Shown here: piece after piece, positions 12,201 to 26,757 of the stretch
Numbering within the stretch: position 1 is the first letter of the stretch
Layout of the letters: the number at the start of each line of letters is the position of its first letter
Origin: Microbotryum violaceum
Taxonomy: Eukaryota
Direction of reading: 5' to 3'
Length of the DNA: 64,000 nucleotides
Assembly: GCA_001244265.2 (NCBI GenBank)
Contig: LN717261.1
Span: forward strand, 1,751,591 to 1,815,590
Translations under genes and position numbers: made by a program
The notes under the pieces: generated by a model
What the model was told of the DNA's origin: nothing
What the model saw: only the letters and a program-made list of their open reading frames with translations
Databases searched by the model: none

Positions 12201-13468
12201 CTTGTTAAAAGGATCCTCCGAGGATAATTCAGAGGACCAAAAGAGAATGAGCGCTTCGGACATGTCATAGATACCAAAAGGATCTACCCCCAGTAGGTGT
12301 CGAGATATTCGATCGTGCGAAAGGTGAATGCGGTGATGCCTTCTCTTTTTCGGATTGAAGATGACGACGTCGGGAGAAGACCGTGAGCTGCCAGGGTTTG
12401 GATCTCGGGATAGCATGGGCAGTATCGTAGTTCTCGCATGCCTGCTCATGGTTGGGGGATATCAAATCAGTCCAAGACGATAGCGTAGGGGTGATTGACA
12501 AAAGATGTGCAGCAGAAGCACCTACTTGCAAAGAACAGGTCGACAACCCGGACCTTTCTGGTGACTCGGCGTTCATGACATGCGTCGCACCACCCCTCGT
12601 CGTCCGGGGAAGGGACAAACCCGCTCTGTCGAAGCGCTTCTTTGGCCTTTTTCTTCATCAATAGGTACGCCTGGAGAAGTTCAGCTCGTTTTGACGCCCT
12701 AGTTTTAGCTTCGGCCCTCGCATTCCGGCGACGATTGCGCTGCTTCTTGGCGTTCCTCTCGATCTGCGATCGCTTAAGGGAAGAGGGCGCTTGGTCTTGA
12801 GAAGCACCGTCTGGGTGGAATAGCGAATGCTCCGGTCCAGATGAGTATCCACCGCCGAAATCGCGACCGAAGTCGTAGTCGGGCTCAAAGTCGGGCGCGC
12901 TGTCAGGCTTGAAATTGTGCTCGAAGCCGTCGGTCTCGGTGTCTAGAGGCCACGCCGTTGCGCCATCGGCAGTGTCAGGCCAAAGCTCGGACGATGATTT
13001 GTGGAGGCCAGCAATGGATTTCTCCGAATGCTCCTTCCGACGACGCGTTGACCTCTGGACTGATGGTGATAGGGGAGGGCCCGGCTGACGTTTCGGACGC
13101 CTCTTCGTTGGAGAGCGGAAAATACCGAAGTTGAAGCCGAACGCCTTGTCGAACAGCTCGCTATCCGGGGACAACGATGGCTCCCTTTTCCGTACTCGCT
13201 TGGTCCATAATTTCCTCCTCTTCATCTTCTTCGTCTTCGCCTCCTCCTCCGTTCCGACCGACGTCGTGGCCCCATTCTCGAACGTGTCCTTGTTGCTGCT
13301 GGTCACCTTCTTCCTCCTCCTCCTCCTCACGGTCGTGCTCTTCTTGCGCTTGGTCTTGTCAGGCGTTTTCCCTTCTCTGTTCCGACTGGCGATGCTGAGC
13401 GAGGTTGAAGAGGTGGTGGTGTGTGTGGTAGAATGTCCATGCTTGAAGCGATGGGTGCGAGCCTGCAA
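9247..13468 (-). CDS. CxC1-associated KDZ transposase (multi-exon), locus 1
   Basis: CxC1-like CPCYPEIQTLAAHGLLPTS..TAFTF, then CPACFG, AVDGNFQHRR, VAYDIACNL, HAYAHKWSCQ and GLTDAEGAERLWS. The D-D-E motif residues are present. Confidence 0.88.
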
Positions 13469-16400
13469 GGCCTTGGTTGGAGGGAAGTGGGGGGAACTCG
13501 TGGTGCTGAGGCAGATGGACCATTAGCGGGGATAAGTAGCAAGTGCCCGGATTAGTGACTACTTTTGCCTCCGGGGGCTGGGGGTTGGCAGGGCAATGGT
13601 GCATCTAGCCCGCACCAACATTTTCCTGGGCCAAATCTTCACAAAGCTCCCTAAACTCGCCGCGCGCGGGTAGTATATTTGTTAGGCTTATTTTGACCCG
13701 CATAGGTGCCCCGGTGGCCATGTGGGTGAGCGCGCGGGATCTCGATGGAGTCGGCGCGGAGCTCCCATGGACACGCGCGAGTCGATTCCATGCCGGTCTG
13801 CAGGCTGGGCCCCACGCAAATCCCAGGCGGAGGCCAGGAGCCGGGCCCGCCCATGCAGAGCCCATCAGTTTCGCGCGGCGATGTGTAGAGCGCTGAGAAG
13901 GGCGAAGCAGCCTTGGACCTCACCGGCCATGAAAGACGCTTCAAAATGCCGCGGACGGATCGATACGGTGGTCGATCCGCTAATCGATTCGGTGGTCGGT
14001 TCGGTGGTGGATTCGGTGGTGGATCCGAATTTCGCATACAAAATCTGCCAAATCGGTAGTGGTAGCAACCCACGATCGCCAGACTTCGAACTGAGGCGCA
14101 ATTGTCGAGGATTGATGGTAGATGGTTCTCGAGAGATCGGCATTCGCCCAGTCCGTCGAGACACAGTCTCCATACCCAGGGTCCGATGTGAGGGTGGGAA
14201 CTGGAAGAAGCTCTTTTCGCGAATGCCTTTACCCGACCGTACGACGAGAGATAGATGTCCGCACAGAAAAGAGGGCCCTGTGAAAGCCAGTCAACCCCCG
14301 GCAGTATACAGGGTTAGCCAGATATAGCGCTTCTGACTATCTTGCCTATCCAGACAAGGACTAGTAAAAGTACGTACGAGCTGCGCAAAAGTTCGATTGA
14401 CCAAGAGGCAGTTCAGGCCGCTTCGGTACGCGGGTCTGCCATGCGCGTACCTAGTCAGGTGTTCAGTTCCAAGTACACGGACGTTGAGAAGTAGGTGGGT
14501 GATACTGACGCATTTTGCGGCATTTCATCAATGAAGAAGAAGGTCAAGACGATGCGAATAACGTCGGCTGGCCAATGTCGCAACGGAACATGCTCAACCT
14601 TTCCTTTTTCAAGTTCTTGAGCGTGAACAATCCGCTGGGCCGCGCCGTGACCGGGTTGAAGGTTTGCAACCTGCAGCGGGTTAATCTGTGCGCGACCCGT
14701 TGTTAAGCATTCAGTTGGTGCGGTGAGCGTGCCAAGCTGAACTGTCGCTGAGGTCGTCCGAATCGCGGTATGTATGGTAGTTGGGTTGCGTCGGGATTCA
14801 AGTTTGGTTGGCGGATGAGCAGCCGGTGCAAGATTATTTGGGGTTGACTGAAGGTTCGTTTGCGAAGAAGCGTTTGGAGTAAGACTCGACCTTGAATCCG
14901 TGATGTGCCCGAGGCTTGGTCTCGCTTTTGTAGTCAATCCGACCGTCCTTCTCCAAGAGACCACTCCGAAGGGGCTATTCGCGTCTGGGTCAACGGCCCG
15001 GATGGGCTCCAGATTCGCCGCAGCTAGTGCTTCGGATATCGTGCGTGGGGGAGGTGTGGTGAGGCTTTCGCGGCCCAAGCGGTAGTGGTGGAGAGGCTCG
15101 TATGAGAAGTAGCCGTCTGCGCTAGACTTGTGGGCGCCGATGAGAGACGCGTGTCCAACTGAGCGACACTACCAGGACCAGCAGGTGCCACGAGACTCGC
15201 AGCGCCAGTGACTGGACCTAGTGAAGCAGTTGATACACGCCGTTTCGAACGAGTGCGCGTGACAGGAGTTTTTTTTCATCGGACATTGTGGGACTGCGAG
15301 TCAAAGCTGGAAAGGGAAGCGGTGAAGAAGAGAGGGTGTTCGCGTGGCCCTTCGAGCACAGACTCGAGACAGGGGCAAAGAGTGCGAAGTCGGTGCGAGT
15401 CGAGTTCGAGACCGGGCAGCTTCCGTCTCTTTTCATTTTGATTTTCACTTTCGGCTTTTGGCGGCGTTCAGCGAACCGAACAGCAGTCCTCCACTCCCCC
15501 CCATGGGCAGTCCCCTCCAGCAGACCGAGAATCAGCACGTCTTGCAGCAATTTTAAGGTTCGACGACACCGCGCGGTGATCGCGAACACTTCCGTAAAAA
15601 CAAAAATCGTTTGCAGAGAAAGGTAGAAAAATGTGCTCGAAGATGAGGCCAGCATCAACAAAGCCAAAGGGTTTCCCAGAGTTAACGTGTAACTCGAATT
15701 GGCTGGAGGTTGATGTCGTCAGATTGGTTGCAGGTCCGAGTCGAGTATCGCACACGGTACTCGTCCTCGACACCTGGACGCTTCTGATGTATGCTTCTTT
15801 GCATTCCGCTTTGGCCATGTTTCTCATTGTCGGGCGAAAGAACTGGATACGTGTATTCAATCCACGAGGTGATTCCGCCTGCACTCCCTCCCCAGCGGAA
15901 CATAGCCCTGTGGATCCAAGCAGGCGAAGCTCGTCGGGATCGAAGTGGCAAGCGCGAGAGAGCCAAATGTGATGCGCTTCAAATCTTTTTGAAGGAGGAG
16001 ACCTGACGGGACACTGATGGTGGTATGAAGGGAAGATAGAACGCCTTTCGTGTTCTGTAAGCGGGTTCGGTCCGATTGATAGCAATGCGCAGCTGACGGC
16101 CGTTCGTTCAAGAGATCTGATAGGAGCCGAGTTTTCATGCGATATGGACAGTTCTCTAAATAGGTGCCACTAGATCCGATGAGGAACACGTGAGACCGGA
16201 GGTACGTCGTACCGCCCGCGTGTCGAGTGGAAAGGGTCGTACGGCGTGTCGAGTGGAAGGGTCATACGGCGTGTCTTGACTTTATGTTACCACAATCACC
16301 CAAGGCTTAGATCGTTGCGTGTTGTGTTCTATTTGGTAACAATCACCCAAGACTTAGATCGTTGCGTGTTGTATTATATTCACATAATTTCACCTTTCTT

Positions 16401-16501
16401 TCCGCGACGCCGCGTCCACTTTGAGCAGCTTCATGTTTGAGCAAGTGAAAAGTGACCACATAGTTGCGATGATTGCGTATATCCTCTACACTGCTGTTCT
16501 T

Positions 16502-17700
16502 TCATTCTTTGGTCGCCTTTTTGACCTTCTTCGGGCTCCTCGTCTTCCCCTCCCCATCTTTCGAGCCCGATCCTGCGCCTTCTCCCGGCAGCCCTCCACC
16601 CGCCTTGAGTCTCAACGTTTTTTTCTGGTGCTTTGAGAGAGGTGCCGCCGACGTTGATGTAGATGTCGGTTCGACGTCGGACACGGACAGCGCTCGCTTC
16701 CTCTTCTTCTTGCCTTCGCTGGAGGTCGTTGTGGGTGTGGCCTCGACAGATTTGCGCTTCAACTTGGCCTCCTTTTGGTTGGGTTTGGACGAGGTCGTCT
16801 GATCATCGAAGCCTGTACGAGACGAATCCAAGCCGAGATCAGATGAAACTGGTCTTTGCCAGCCCAAATGCATGGAAGTCATTTCGTAGGCGAGAAACAT
16901 ACCCATGAACGGGTCCATCTTGGGTCTCCCCATCGGCACCTTCTTGACCTGCTTCTTCGCCTCCGACTTTCCTTCCTTCTTCCCCAAACTCTTGGCCACC
17001 TCTTGCTCACTACTTGCACTACTACTACTCCCGTTTTCCTCCTCCCCCTCCTCTCCATCAAACCTCGTATGCTTCCCCTTCGGATCGAGGTTCTTCTTCC
17101 CCCCAATCACAGCATTGATGAACCTCGTTGCTGCGTTAATGTCCAAATTCGTCCTTTGTACGTTATCGTTGATGGACATGGTTGAAGGACCAGCTTCGAG
17201 TTCAGTTTGAGGTTGGTTGGTTTGGAGTATACTCGGTTCGGCGCGGTGCAATTTTGAGAAGTAATTTTTTAGACGAGTCTGGGACACAACCCAAAAGCAA
17301 AACTTAGTTTTAAAGCATTGGTCGCAATGGTCCTGGAACGAACCAATTCTGCCATGACAGGATGAGTCGCCGGGTTGATCGCGCAGATTCTCAAATAGAC
17401 TGAAACAGCCAAAATAAACGCATCAGTAACTGCACAGTCCACGTGCACAGTCCACGCTCAAGTGATCCACTCGCTCCAAAACTGACCCCAGATCAAATCA
17501 TGCACCGTATAAGCCAACATGATCCTCGCATGTGCCCTCTCGATAGGCGAAAGCGCCGTTCCCTGAGTCTCGAGTTGCGCGAAGAGGTCTGTGAGGGAGG
17601 TGCGCGAGGCGAGGAGCGGTGCAAGCGTCGCTTCAAGCTGGTCTACGGTCGTCGAGAGCGTTTCGAGCGTTTTGGAAGGGTCCGCTTCGGTGAGAGACAT
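16502..17700 (-). CDS. LRP1: Exosome cofactor Rrp47/Lrp1/C1D (Sas10/Utp3/C1D family), spliced
   Basis: Exons splice to MSLTEADP...IMLAYTVHDLIW-VYLRICAINPATHPVMAEL-TRLKNYFSKL...LDINAATRFI, followed by a basic tail. Confidence 0.85.
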
Positions 17701-18143
17701 GGCGGATCGGTAGATGGTCTGACGTCGGGTGGGATAAGATGGTGGGCTGAGCACGAACGGAGGGGAGCCATGCTCGGCTGCGAAGCCGGCCGCGTCACGC
17801 GGGGTGTGATTACTAATTCAGGAAAGCGTCGAGCGGTAACCAAATTGGAAATTGTTTTTCTCGACGCTAAACCAAATTGGAAACTGTTTTTCAGTGTCAT
17901 AGTAATCGGGACTTTCGAGGTCAACGATTCGTGTGTTGTCCGCTACAGCACACACTACAGTGCCTACTCGGAGCCTGACACGGAGCAGACCGCCGGATTC
18001 AAAGCGTTCTCTCGAACCAAAACTACCCATTCCAATCATAGCAATTCGTGCCATAAATTCCGCCAAAACCCTCCTGCACACATTCTGATCCGATCCCTCA
18101 ATCTTGGTCCAAAGTGCCTTTTTCAGTATCACTCGTCCTCGGC

Positions 18144-20161
<2,018 letters not shown>

Positions 20162-21284
20162 TTTGGTGAGATGGCTGTGAGCGAGGCTGTGAGGTGTGTG
20201 GGTGGCGAGAAGCCAAAGACCCAAAGCGGGCGACGACCGGAGCTGACTCCGAGCGTGCTTCGAGAAGCGACGTTCGGCATTCGACACCTCGGGCAGACAT
20301 AAAAAATACGCCTTAACAGGCGCGCGCGCAGCGCCCCCTCACGTGCCTTTCAAGTCACTGCCCCAGCGGGGTGCAGCCTTGTTACCCGAGGGCGCCGACT
20401 TGGCCCAGTTGAGGTATGCCCACTTCGATGTCGAGCTACCGAGACGTTCACTCCCACTACAACTCGGTGGAAAACCTGGAAACAAAGGCACAGTCGGCGA
20501 ATAATAGTGCATTCGGATTTTTGCATATTTTTTGAGCGTTACTATTGTCCTCTGCAAGCTGGACAAGAGCGCTACCTCGAACACGTGATTCGGCACGGGT
20601 CGCGCGGAACAATTGGGGCCGGGACTGGCCGGGACGTCGACGCGTCACGACTCCGGAGACGCTCCCATTCTTCTGCTTTGCCCAATCGCCCCCTACTACG
20701 TATTCGAAGTAACGAACTAGAAACGAGCATCCGTCACCTTGCGACAGTCTGAAACGAACGCCCACTTCGAAATACCGGATCAGTCATAGTCTTGCTGCTC
20801 CTGTCATGATGAGTCAATCCAATCAACTTACCATCTCCCGAATCGCAGCCAACGTTTGGCGCTCCGGCGATGAACAGCAGTATGTTTGCCGCCGATCGAC
20901 ACGGGTGCTCTGCCTGGACTACCGGCTCACGATCACATCTGACACATAGGTTCATAAGCTGCCTCTAGGTACGCGTCGCGCACCTTGCCTTGGACTCCCT
21001 ATCAGTCCGCATGTAACGACTATTCGGGTCCGTGGGTGGCCGTCGCGTCGATCGCGTACAGCATCGGTCTGTTCTGACGTTACACCGTCGTGCACCCGAT
21101 CCAGCGTCCACTTTCGCTGGCGTAACGGCCATCTCGAATCCTGCGTCGTACAACTATCAATCGTCGCCGGTATCTGCTTTGTCCAACCAACCAGTTTACC
21201 GTCCCAACGTTCCCCGATCATGGACGCATCGATGGCCTGTATCTAGCTCCGCCAGCAAGCATCAATCTCGCAAGCATCGCAAGC

Positions 21285-21951
21285 ATGGTCGAACAAGGAG
21301 GGAACAATCCTGGCGGCACGGGTGACGCGGCAGGTTTGCCAAATACTGCACCTTCCGCTCGCGATCGTCAAAAGTTGCGGGCCGCACAAGTTTTCCAAGA
21401 CGAGGAGGGAGGCCGCGCATCAGGAGAGAGGGATGTATCAGCGAATGTCTGCGCACAGCTTGGAACGCACCCGTGGCCGACAAAAACGTTGAGACCAAAT
21501 GCCAATGGTACAACATCATCCTCAAGGAACTGTTCCGTGAGTACAAGAAGTGCAGCCTGCCTACTCTTCCATACACGGTGCCCATTTTGACCCGGCTCGC
21601 TGTCTTCAGAGTCCCCGCTGCGCCAACGCTCCGTGCTGGACGGCGAGAAGATCCAATCGCCCAAGTTCGTCTATGACGTAAAGGCCCTCAAGGACAACGC
21701 CAGAATCATTGTTCAGCGCGGCGCGCTCCTTCGCAAAGCGGATTTTCGAAGCCCGAGTAGCAAGCTCAAGTTGTTGGGACGACCTGAATCGGATCATCCC
21801 ATTGCTGCGTGCAGGCGAGCTGAGCTTCAGGCTGGAGGAAGAGGTAATCGGGTCGAGTGCAGACCAGGCAATGGCCGACGGCGATGAAGGCGGCGACAGC
21901 GATGCTGACCGGCGGGCTCGGAACACGAGCTCCGACGAGTACAGCGAGTGA
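21285..21951 (+). pseudogene. Companion gene of KDZ element 2, frameshifted
   Basis: Consecutive ORF pieces (..KCQWYNIILKELF / PKFVYDVKALKDNARIIVQRG / WDDLNRIIPLLRAGELSF plus acidic tail), convergent to the transposase. Confidence 0.5.
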
Positions 21952-23085
21952 GGTGACGATGGCCGAGCTTTCAGCGCCAGCCGGACTCGTCGACGCGCAT
22001 GCGGTGCGGAGATCTTGGTTGTTGAAGGGCCAGAATTCGTTGGACAACACAGGCCACCACGATCCTTCTTTTATAGTTTTGCTTCATATGCATCCGGCTC
22101 TTGGTGACTAAAGGCGGAGAGGGTGATTGTTCGTTGCCCTTCGTACCTAATCTTCCCCTGGGCCGCTCGAGACCGACCTCTCCTTGTTGACGTGGGATGT
22201 GCCAGGGACGTAACCCTGCTCACAAACACTATCCTTCTTGTTCTGCTGGGTTGTTCTCGAAGTACTATGTAGAGTTGAATTGCCCAGTGAAAATGGAGTG
22301 CTCCCTGATCCGTGGACCAGACGGAGCGTCTGCTTTCCGGAAGTGACTCTTTGAGCAAAAGAATGAATGAACAGAATTCGCAAGGCCTTCCACTAATTGC
22401 AGTGTATGTTAGCATCTTTTTATAATCTATTAGCACGAAAGTGAACGGGCAAGGGTTGCATCTGGCCGGGCTCGGTCTTCCCCAAAGTGCCAATCAGAGC
22501 TGCTGGGCCACGGTGATGACCCCCGGCCGGCTGACTTCAAGCGGCGCGCGCTCCCAGAAGGCGAACTGATCTGAGCCCCTGAATTCTGAAGGCGCAAGCG
22601 GAGCGGAACACGTAGGTAATCAGTCGTAATTTGCGAAGTAGCGACAAAGTACGTGCTTGATGAGAGTGGGTCGAACGCGATAATAGGTTGGTGGAAAACA
22701 TGGAAGGCTTAGGCTTGTAACAGGCTCTTGGAGCGAGAACCTCAATTGACTCCGAGACATGATCGATGGTCGCTCATACCTACCTCTTACTTGAAAAAAC
22801 ACTCCTTCTCATCAATGAGGTAGGCCACCAATCTTCAGGCCCCACAATGAGTGCTCAAAGCAGAGAGAATTCTTGCATTCGCCGCCCTAAAATGAATTGT
22901 CAGCACTTCTGCCCCCGTCAAGCATAAACTAAACTAGAGCTTGAGATCTTGACACTAAGCTCTTCTTAAAACAGGCGCAAGTCTCAGTAGCAGGGATCGG
23001 GATCGGTGCAAAGGGTCTTTTGCCGCGCCATGGCAGGAAGTCGAATCCTTCGAGTGGGAATCCTCATAGAGAGAGCCGCCCAGCC

Positions 23086-23428
23086 ATACGCACATGCCAA
23101 CTTTGCTATTCAACCCTGTCCGAAGGTAGGAGATACGTTCTCTATATTGACCAAACCCAATCACCCATTTTCAGGTGGTAGACATTCTAGGTACTCGAGC
23201 AGTTGCATGCGCTTTAACTGAAAAGTCACCCGGCACTGGTATGGGAAACCGCCGAGCCATCTTGTTCGGAAGAAGGGCTTGCACGCACATGCCAACTTTG
23301 CTATTCAACCCTGTCCGAAGGTAAGAGATACATTCTCTATATTGACCAAACCCAATCACCCATGTTCACGTGGTAGACATTCTAGGTACTCGAGCAGTTG
23401 CATGCACTTTGATTGAAAAGTCACCCGG
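23086..23428. repeat. Imperfect ~145-bp direct repeat, two copies, period ~197 bp
   Basis: acgcacatgccaactttgctattcaaccctgtccgaagg...gaaaagtcacccggc occurs twice. Confidence 0.85.
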
Positions 23429-23926
23429 CCAGTCACCCGGCGGAAGCCTAGTAAGGCAGGCGCAGCCCAGAGATTAGGTCTGACAATATTTCTTCCTATA
23501 AAACGGTGTTGTTACTCTCACCTACCGCAATTGAGACGACTTTAGTTTGCAAACGCCATGTCCATTGTTTCAACATTAAGTTGCTCCACTAATTCAATCT
23601 ACATCAGAAGCTGGTCTAAACGCCTGAGAAGTATTCGTCTTCCTAACCAGCGAATTCATCGCCGTAGCTTTCAACCGAAGAGCTGCCCATCTCACCGTCC
23701 TGCTCGAGGAGTTATGCGGAGAAAGGCCCCACCTCCTTTGCGAGTTGAGTCTCGTCGCTCATATCCATCTGCGCCTGAATGACCCGCACTTGTTGAACGT
23801 CACGGGCCAGCGGTGCAGGCCGCACCGAGTCGAGGCCAGATGTCTTCATAGGACCGCGTGTTCCCGATCGATTATGTGCAGGTAGCTGGTGATGTTTCGC
23901 CTTCTCGACAATCCTTCCCGTCGCGT

Positions 23927-25824
23927 TCAATCGCTGATGTAAACCACGAAATTCTGACAGTGCAGGACGCGGGCTCGGAATCGCCCTCTGACTGCCCGCG
24001 AGTGTCGAGCCAAACATTGAACAAAATGGTCGTTCTGGGACCAAGAATATTCGCGCAACTGAAGAAGCTCCATCCGGCGATCCAGTATAATGAGCGCGCG
24101 GTCTCGGATCTCTTCAACATCTTCAGTGCCGAATATGGACTCGGCATCAGCTGGGTCGATCGATTCAGGAAGGGTATCTGTTGGGATGGTTTGAAAGATG
24201 TCAGGGCGACATAAGAGGTGATATGGAGCACGCTGTATCGAAAACTTACCCGACATGTTAGTCCAAAGTGTTTGGAAACTAGTGCTACGAGTCTTTTCGT
24301 CTTCGATCCAAGCCAAAGCTTGCCGCACCTCGGCGCCGATCCGCGCTTTCTGCTCACCGACTCGATCCTTGGCGCGCACAGCTGCTACTCCTCGGAATGA
24401 GCGACCGTAGCCCGCTCACAGCCCTCTCCATCAGTCAACCCGAAGTTCGGAATGAGGCGGGGGTTGAACTCGACTTGGCAGGACCAGACATGGGCGTATG
24501 CATGCAAGACGCTCGTGGCGAACTCCAGTCGCTTGAAAGGCTTTAGCAGGAGCTGCCTCTGGTGACAGATGATTAAAAAGTAGGCACATTTGGTCTGTAC
24601 CAACGAGACTAAGGAGGAAGGGACGCGTCGTGATCGAAGCATACCTTTTCAATATGGTGCTTAAAGTTACAACCAATGTCGTATAAGACTCCGATCTTGG
24701 CGTTTTCAGGAAGGCGCTCTGAGATGTGCTTGAGGATGGCAAGCGCATAGTACGATCTGAGTGGTCGGAGCAGCTCCGTCGTCGGCAGCCTTCCACGACT
24801 CTGTGCACGCCTACGAGGGTGGGTGGGCGTAGAGGTAAGCGATCCCATTAAGGCAAATGCAAAAAGCGGCATTGCTCACCTTTTTGGTCGGCCGCACCGA
24901 AGCTTCAACCTCGGCCTTCATCGCCTGAACCTCTTCCTCACCCAAGAAAGTGTCCGGAACAATCTGGTCGTGGTTCGAATTTTTCTCGCGCGTTTGCTGA
25001 AAGTTGCCGTCGTATGCAAGCACGCAATCCAATGTGACGTCGTGACAAGGTTGATTAAGTCACGTTGGCCCGAAGCACGCGGGACACTTGTTGGAACGAA
25101 TCGACGGTGCCTGCGAGAAGGTCCCCACTGTCCTCCTCGCATGTTTCGAGAGCGCGGTACTCGTCGATCGCGTTGCTTCCGAAGGTTTTTGTCCTGTATG
25201 CGCGGAAGGCAGGCTTTAAGCATGTGCCCATGAGACGATGGCGGCGTCCACGATGGCGGCGTCCAAACTCACTCAAGGATGTCCCCTAAAGTGACCCCGA
25301 CCCCACCCACAACGGGAGTAATATACTCTTTGAGGCCGTCCGCATAGCCGGTGATGGCGCGGGGGCTGACCTTCCAGCTCGCGTGGGCCTGCTCGACCAG
25401 TCGAAATGAGAAGGTGGTCATCGGCATTGAAGCGGTCGAAGAGATGAACCCTAGTTGGGCCAAGCAAGCGTTCAACATCCGTAGCACACCGCGACTCGGA
25501 GGCACAGAAGGTGACCTGCAATTTGTAGACCGACGGTTTGGACTTGTATCTTCTCTTCGGCGGCATGGCGATGCCGAGTCAAGTGCATGAGCAAGAGGAC
25601 GAACGCGAGCCGTGGGGCCTGTACAGTCGATGGCGACGCTACAAGGAGCTGTAGCGAAAGCAACGAGGTGAGGCGGCGAGTCAAGTGGAAGGTCCCTCGC
25701 GTGTTGCGCTAGGCCTCGGCGCGCGTGGCCGACTGCCGACTGCCGCCAACGCGTGTGCTCGGACCCTTCGACCTCGGGACCGAAATCCCGCGCGACCGCT
25801 TTGGACACGTGACATTGACGACAT
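23927..25824 (-). pseudogene. CxC1-KDZ transposase, locus 2, degenerate
   Basis: LAQLGFISST..TTFSFRLVE, AYDGNFQQ, VLYDIGCNF, HAYAHVWSCQ, GLTDGEGCER. The sequence then jumps to the C-terminal RAKDRVGEQKARIGAEV, so the middle present in locus 1 is missing. Confidence 0.85.
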
Positions 25825-26109
25825 CCGAAAGATGCGAGAAAAATATGAAGGAAGGAATGCATCTACTACCACTTTCCCAATCAATCTAGCAGCTGTTAGA
25901 GTGTTGTGTGTACACAGAATCGACTCGAAGCAGAGAGTTGGGTATAACCTGGGGCAAGTCGGCGCCCGGGGGTAGCAAGGGTACACCCCGCTGAGGCAGT
26001 GACTTGGAAGGCGTGTGAGGGGGCGCTGCGCGCGCGCCTGTTGAGGCGTATTTTTTATGTCTGCCCGAGGTGGCATTCGAGCACCTACACACCGAACTCG
26101 ATCTGTGGA

Positions 26110-26425
26110 GGCGATTGATTGATAGAATCATTTTGCTGCCTTTCCCTGAGTCTCCGCAATTGTTGTGCCCTAGATCTTCTGGAAGTAGAATGATTCGTCG
26201 ATGTTGATGCGGTAGAGGCAGGGTTCGGCGAAGAACTGTGTGGGACCGGACCGGAACGCTCTCGCTCGAGCCTTCGTCGTTGCTGGCCTTCAGACCTCCG
26301 AGATGTCGTGCAACTATTAGTATTCTTGCTGTTGTTCATCTGTAGCTATGGCAGAGAAGACTCACATTTCGTGTCTTAACTAACGACCCGGATTCTTAAC
26401 GGAACGAAGTCAATCCTTCCGCTGT
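26110..26425 (-). repeat. Inverted copy of a Helitron-2 internal segment (~61380-61705)
   Basis: Reverse complement matches acagcggaaggattgacttcgt...aatgattctatcaatcaatcgcctcc. Confidence 0.85.
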
Positions 26426-26757
26426 GTCACTGACGTCCAATGTCTGCTTTTCGTATCAGTTTGTCCGTCATATCTAAGACTGCACAGCCATGTCAAGGGA
26501 TAACTCACGCATGCAATGTCACCAGCCGATGGTGAAGAAAAACGACTCGAGGTTGGCATTCAAAGAGGACATGTTGAAAGAGACTGCTGCTTGGTAGTTT
26601 TCCATTAGCTTCTGAACAATCTCACACCAAGAGCACAGTTCATGAAGCTACTTACTGGAATGCGTAGCTATGTTGCATGCGGCAGGCATTTCTTGATGTC
26701 TGTTGAGCTTTAGCGGTAAGGGGTTCCACGCTCACATCAGCAACTTTGCCACTTTGC

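Larger units (their letters stand above)
20285..26072. mobile_element. KDZ DNA transposon 2 with both termini, internally deleted
   Basis: ~135-bp imperfect TIRs (CACCTCGGGCAGACATAAAAAATACGCC...), 8-bp TSD GCATTCGA at 20277-20284 and 26073-26080, KDZ transposase remnants inside. Confidence 0.92.

Noticed and set aside
14425..14455. Hairpin plus CTAG|T as a Helitron 3' end
   Set aside because: There is no spacer between hairpin and CTAG, no second copy and no linked Helitron sequence.
14455..16085. ORFs of ~200 aa on the minus strand
   Set aside because: No recognisable motifs or supportable exon model, so left uncalled.
20285..26072. TET/JBP dioxygenase cargo in the KDZ elements
   Set aside because: I looked for it because of the known association but found no convincing 2OG-Fe(II) motif set.
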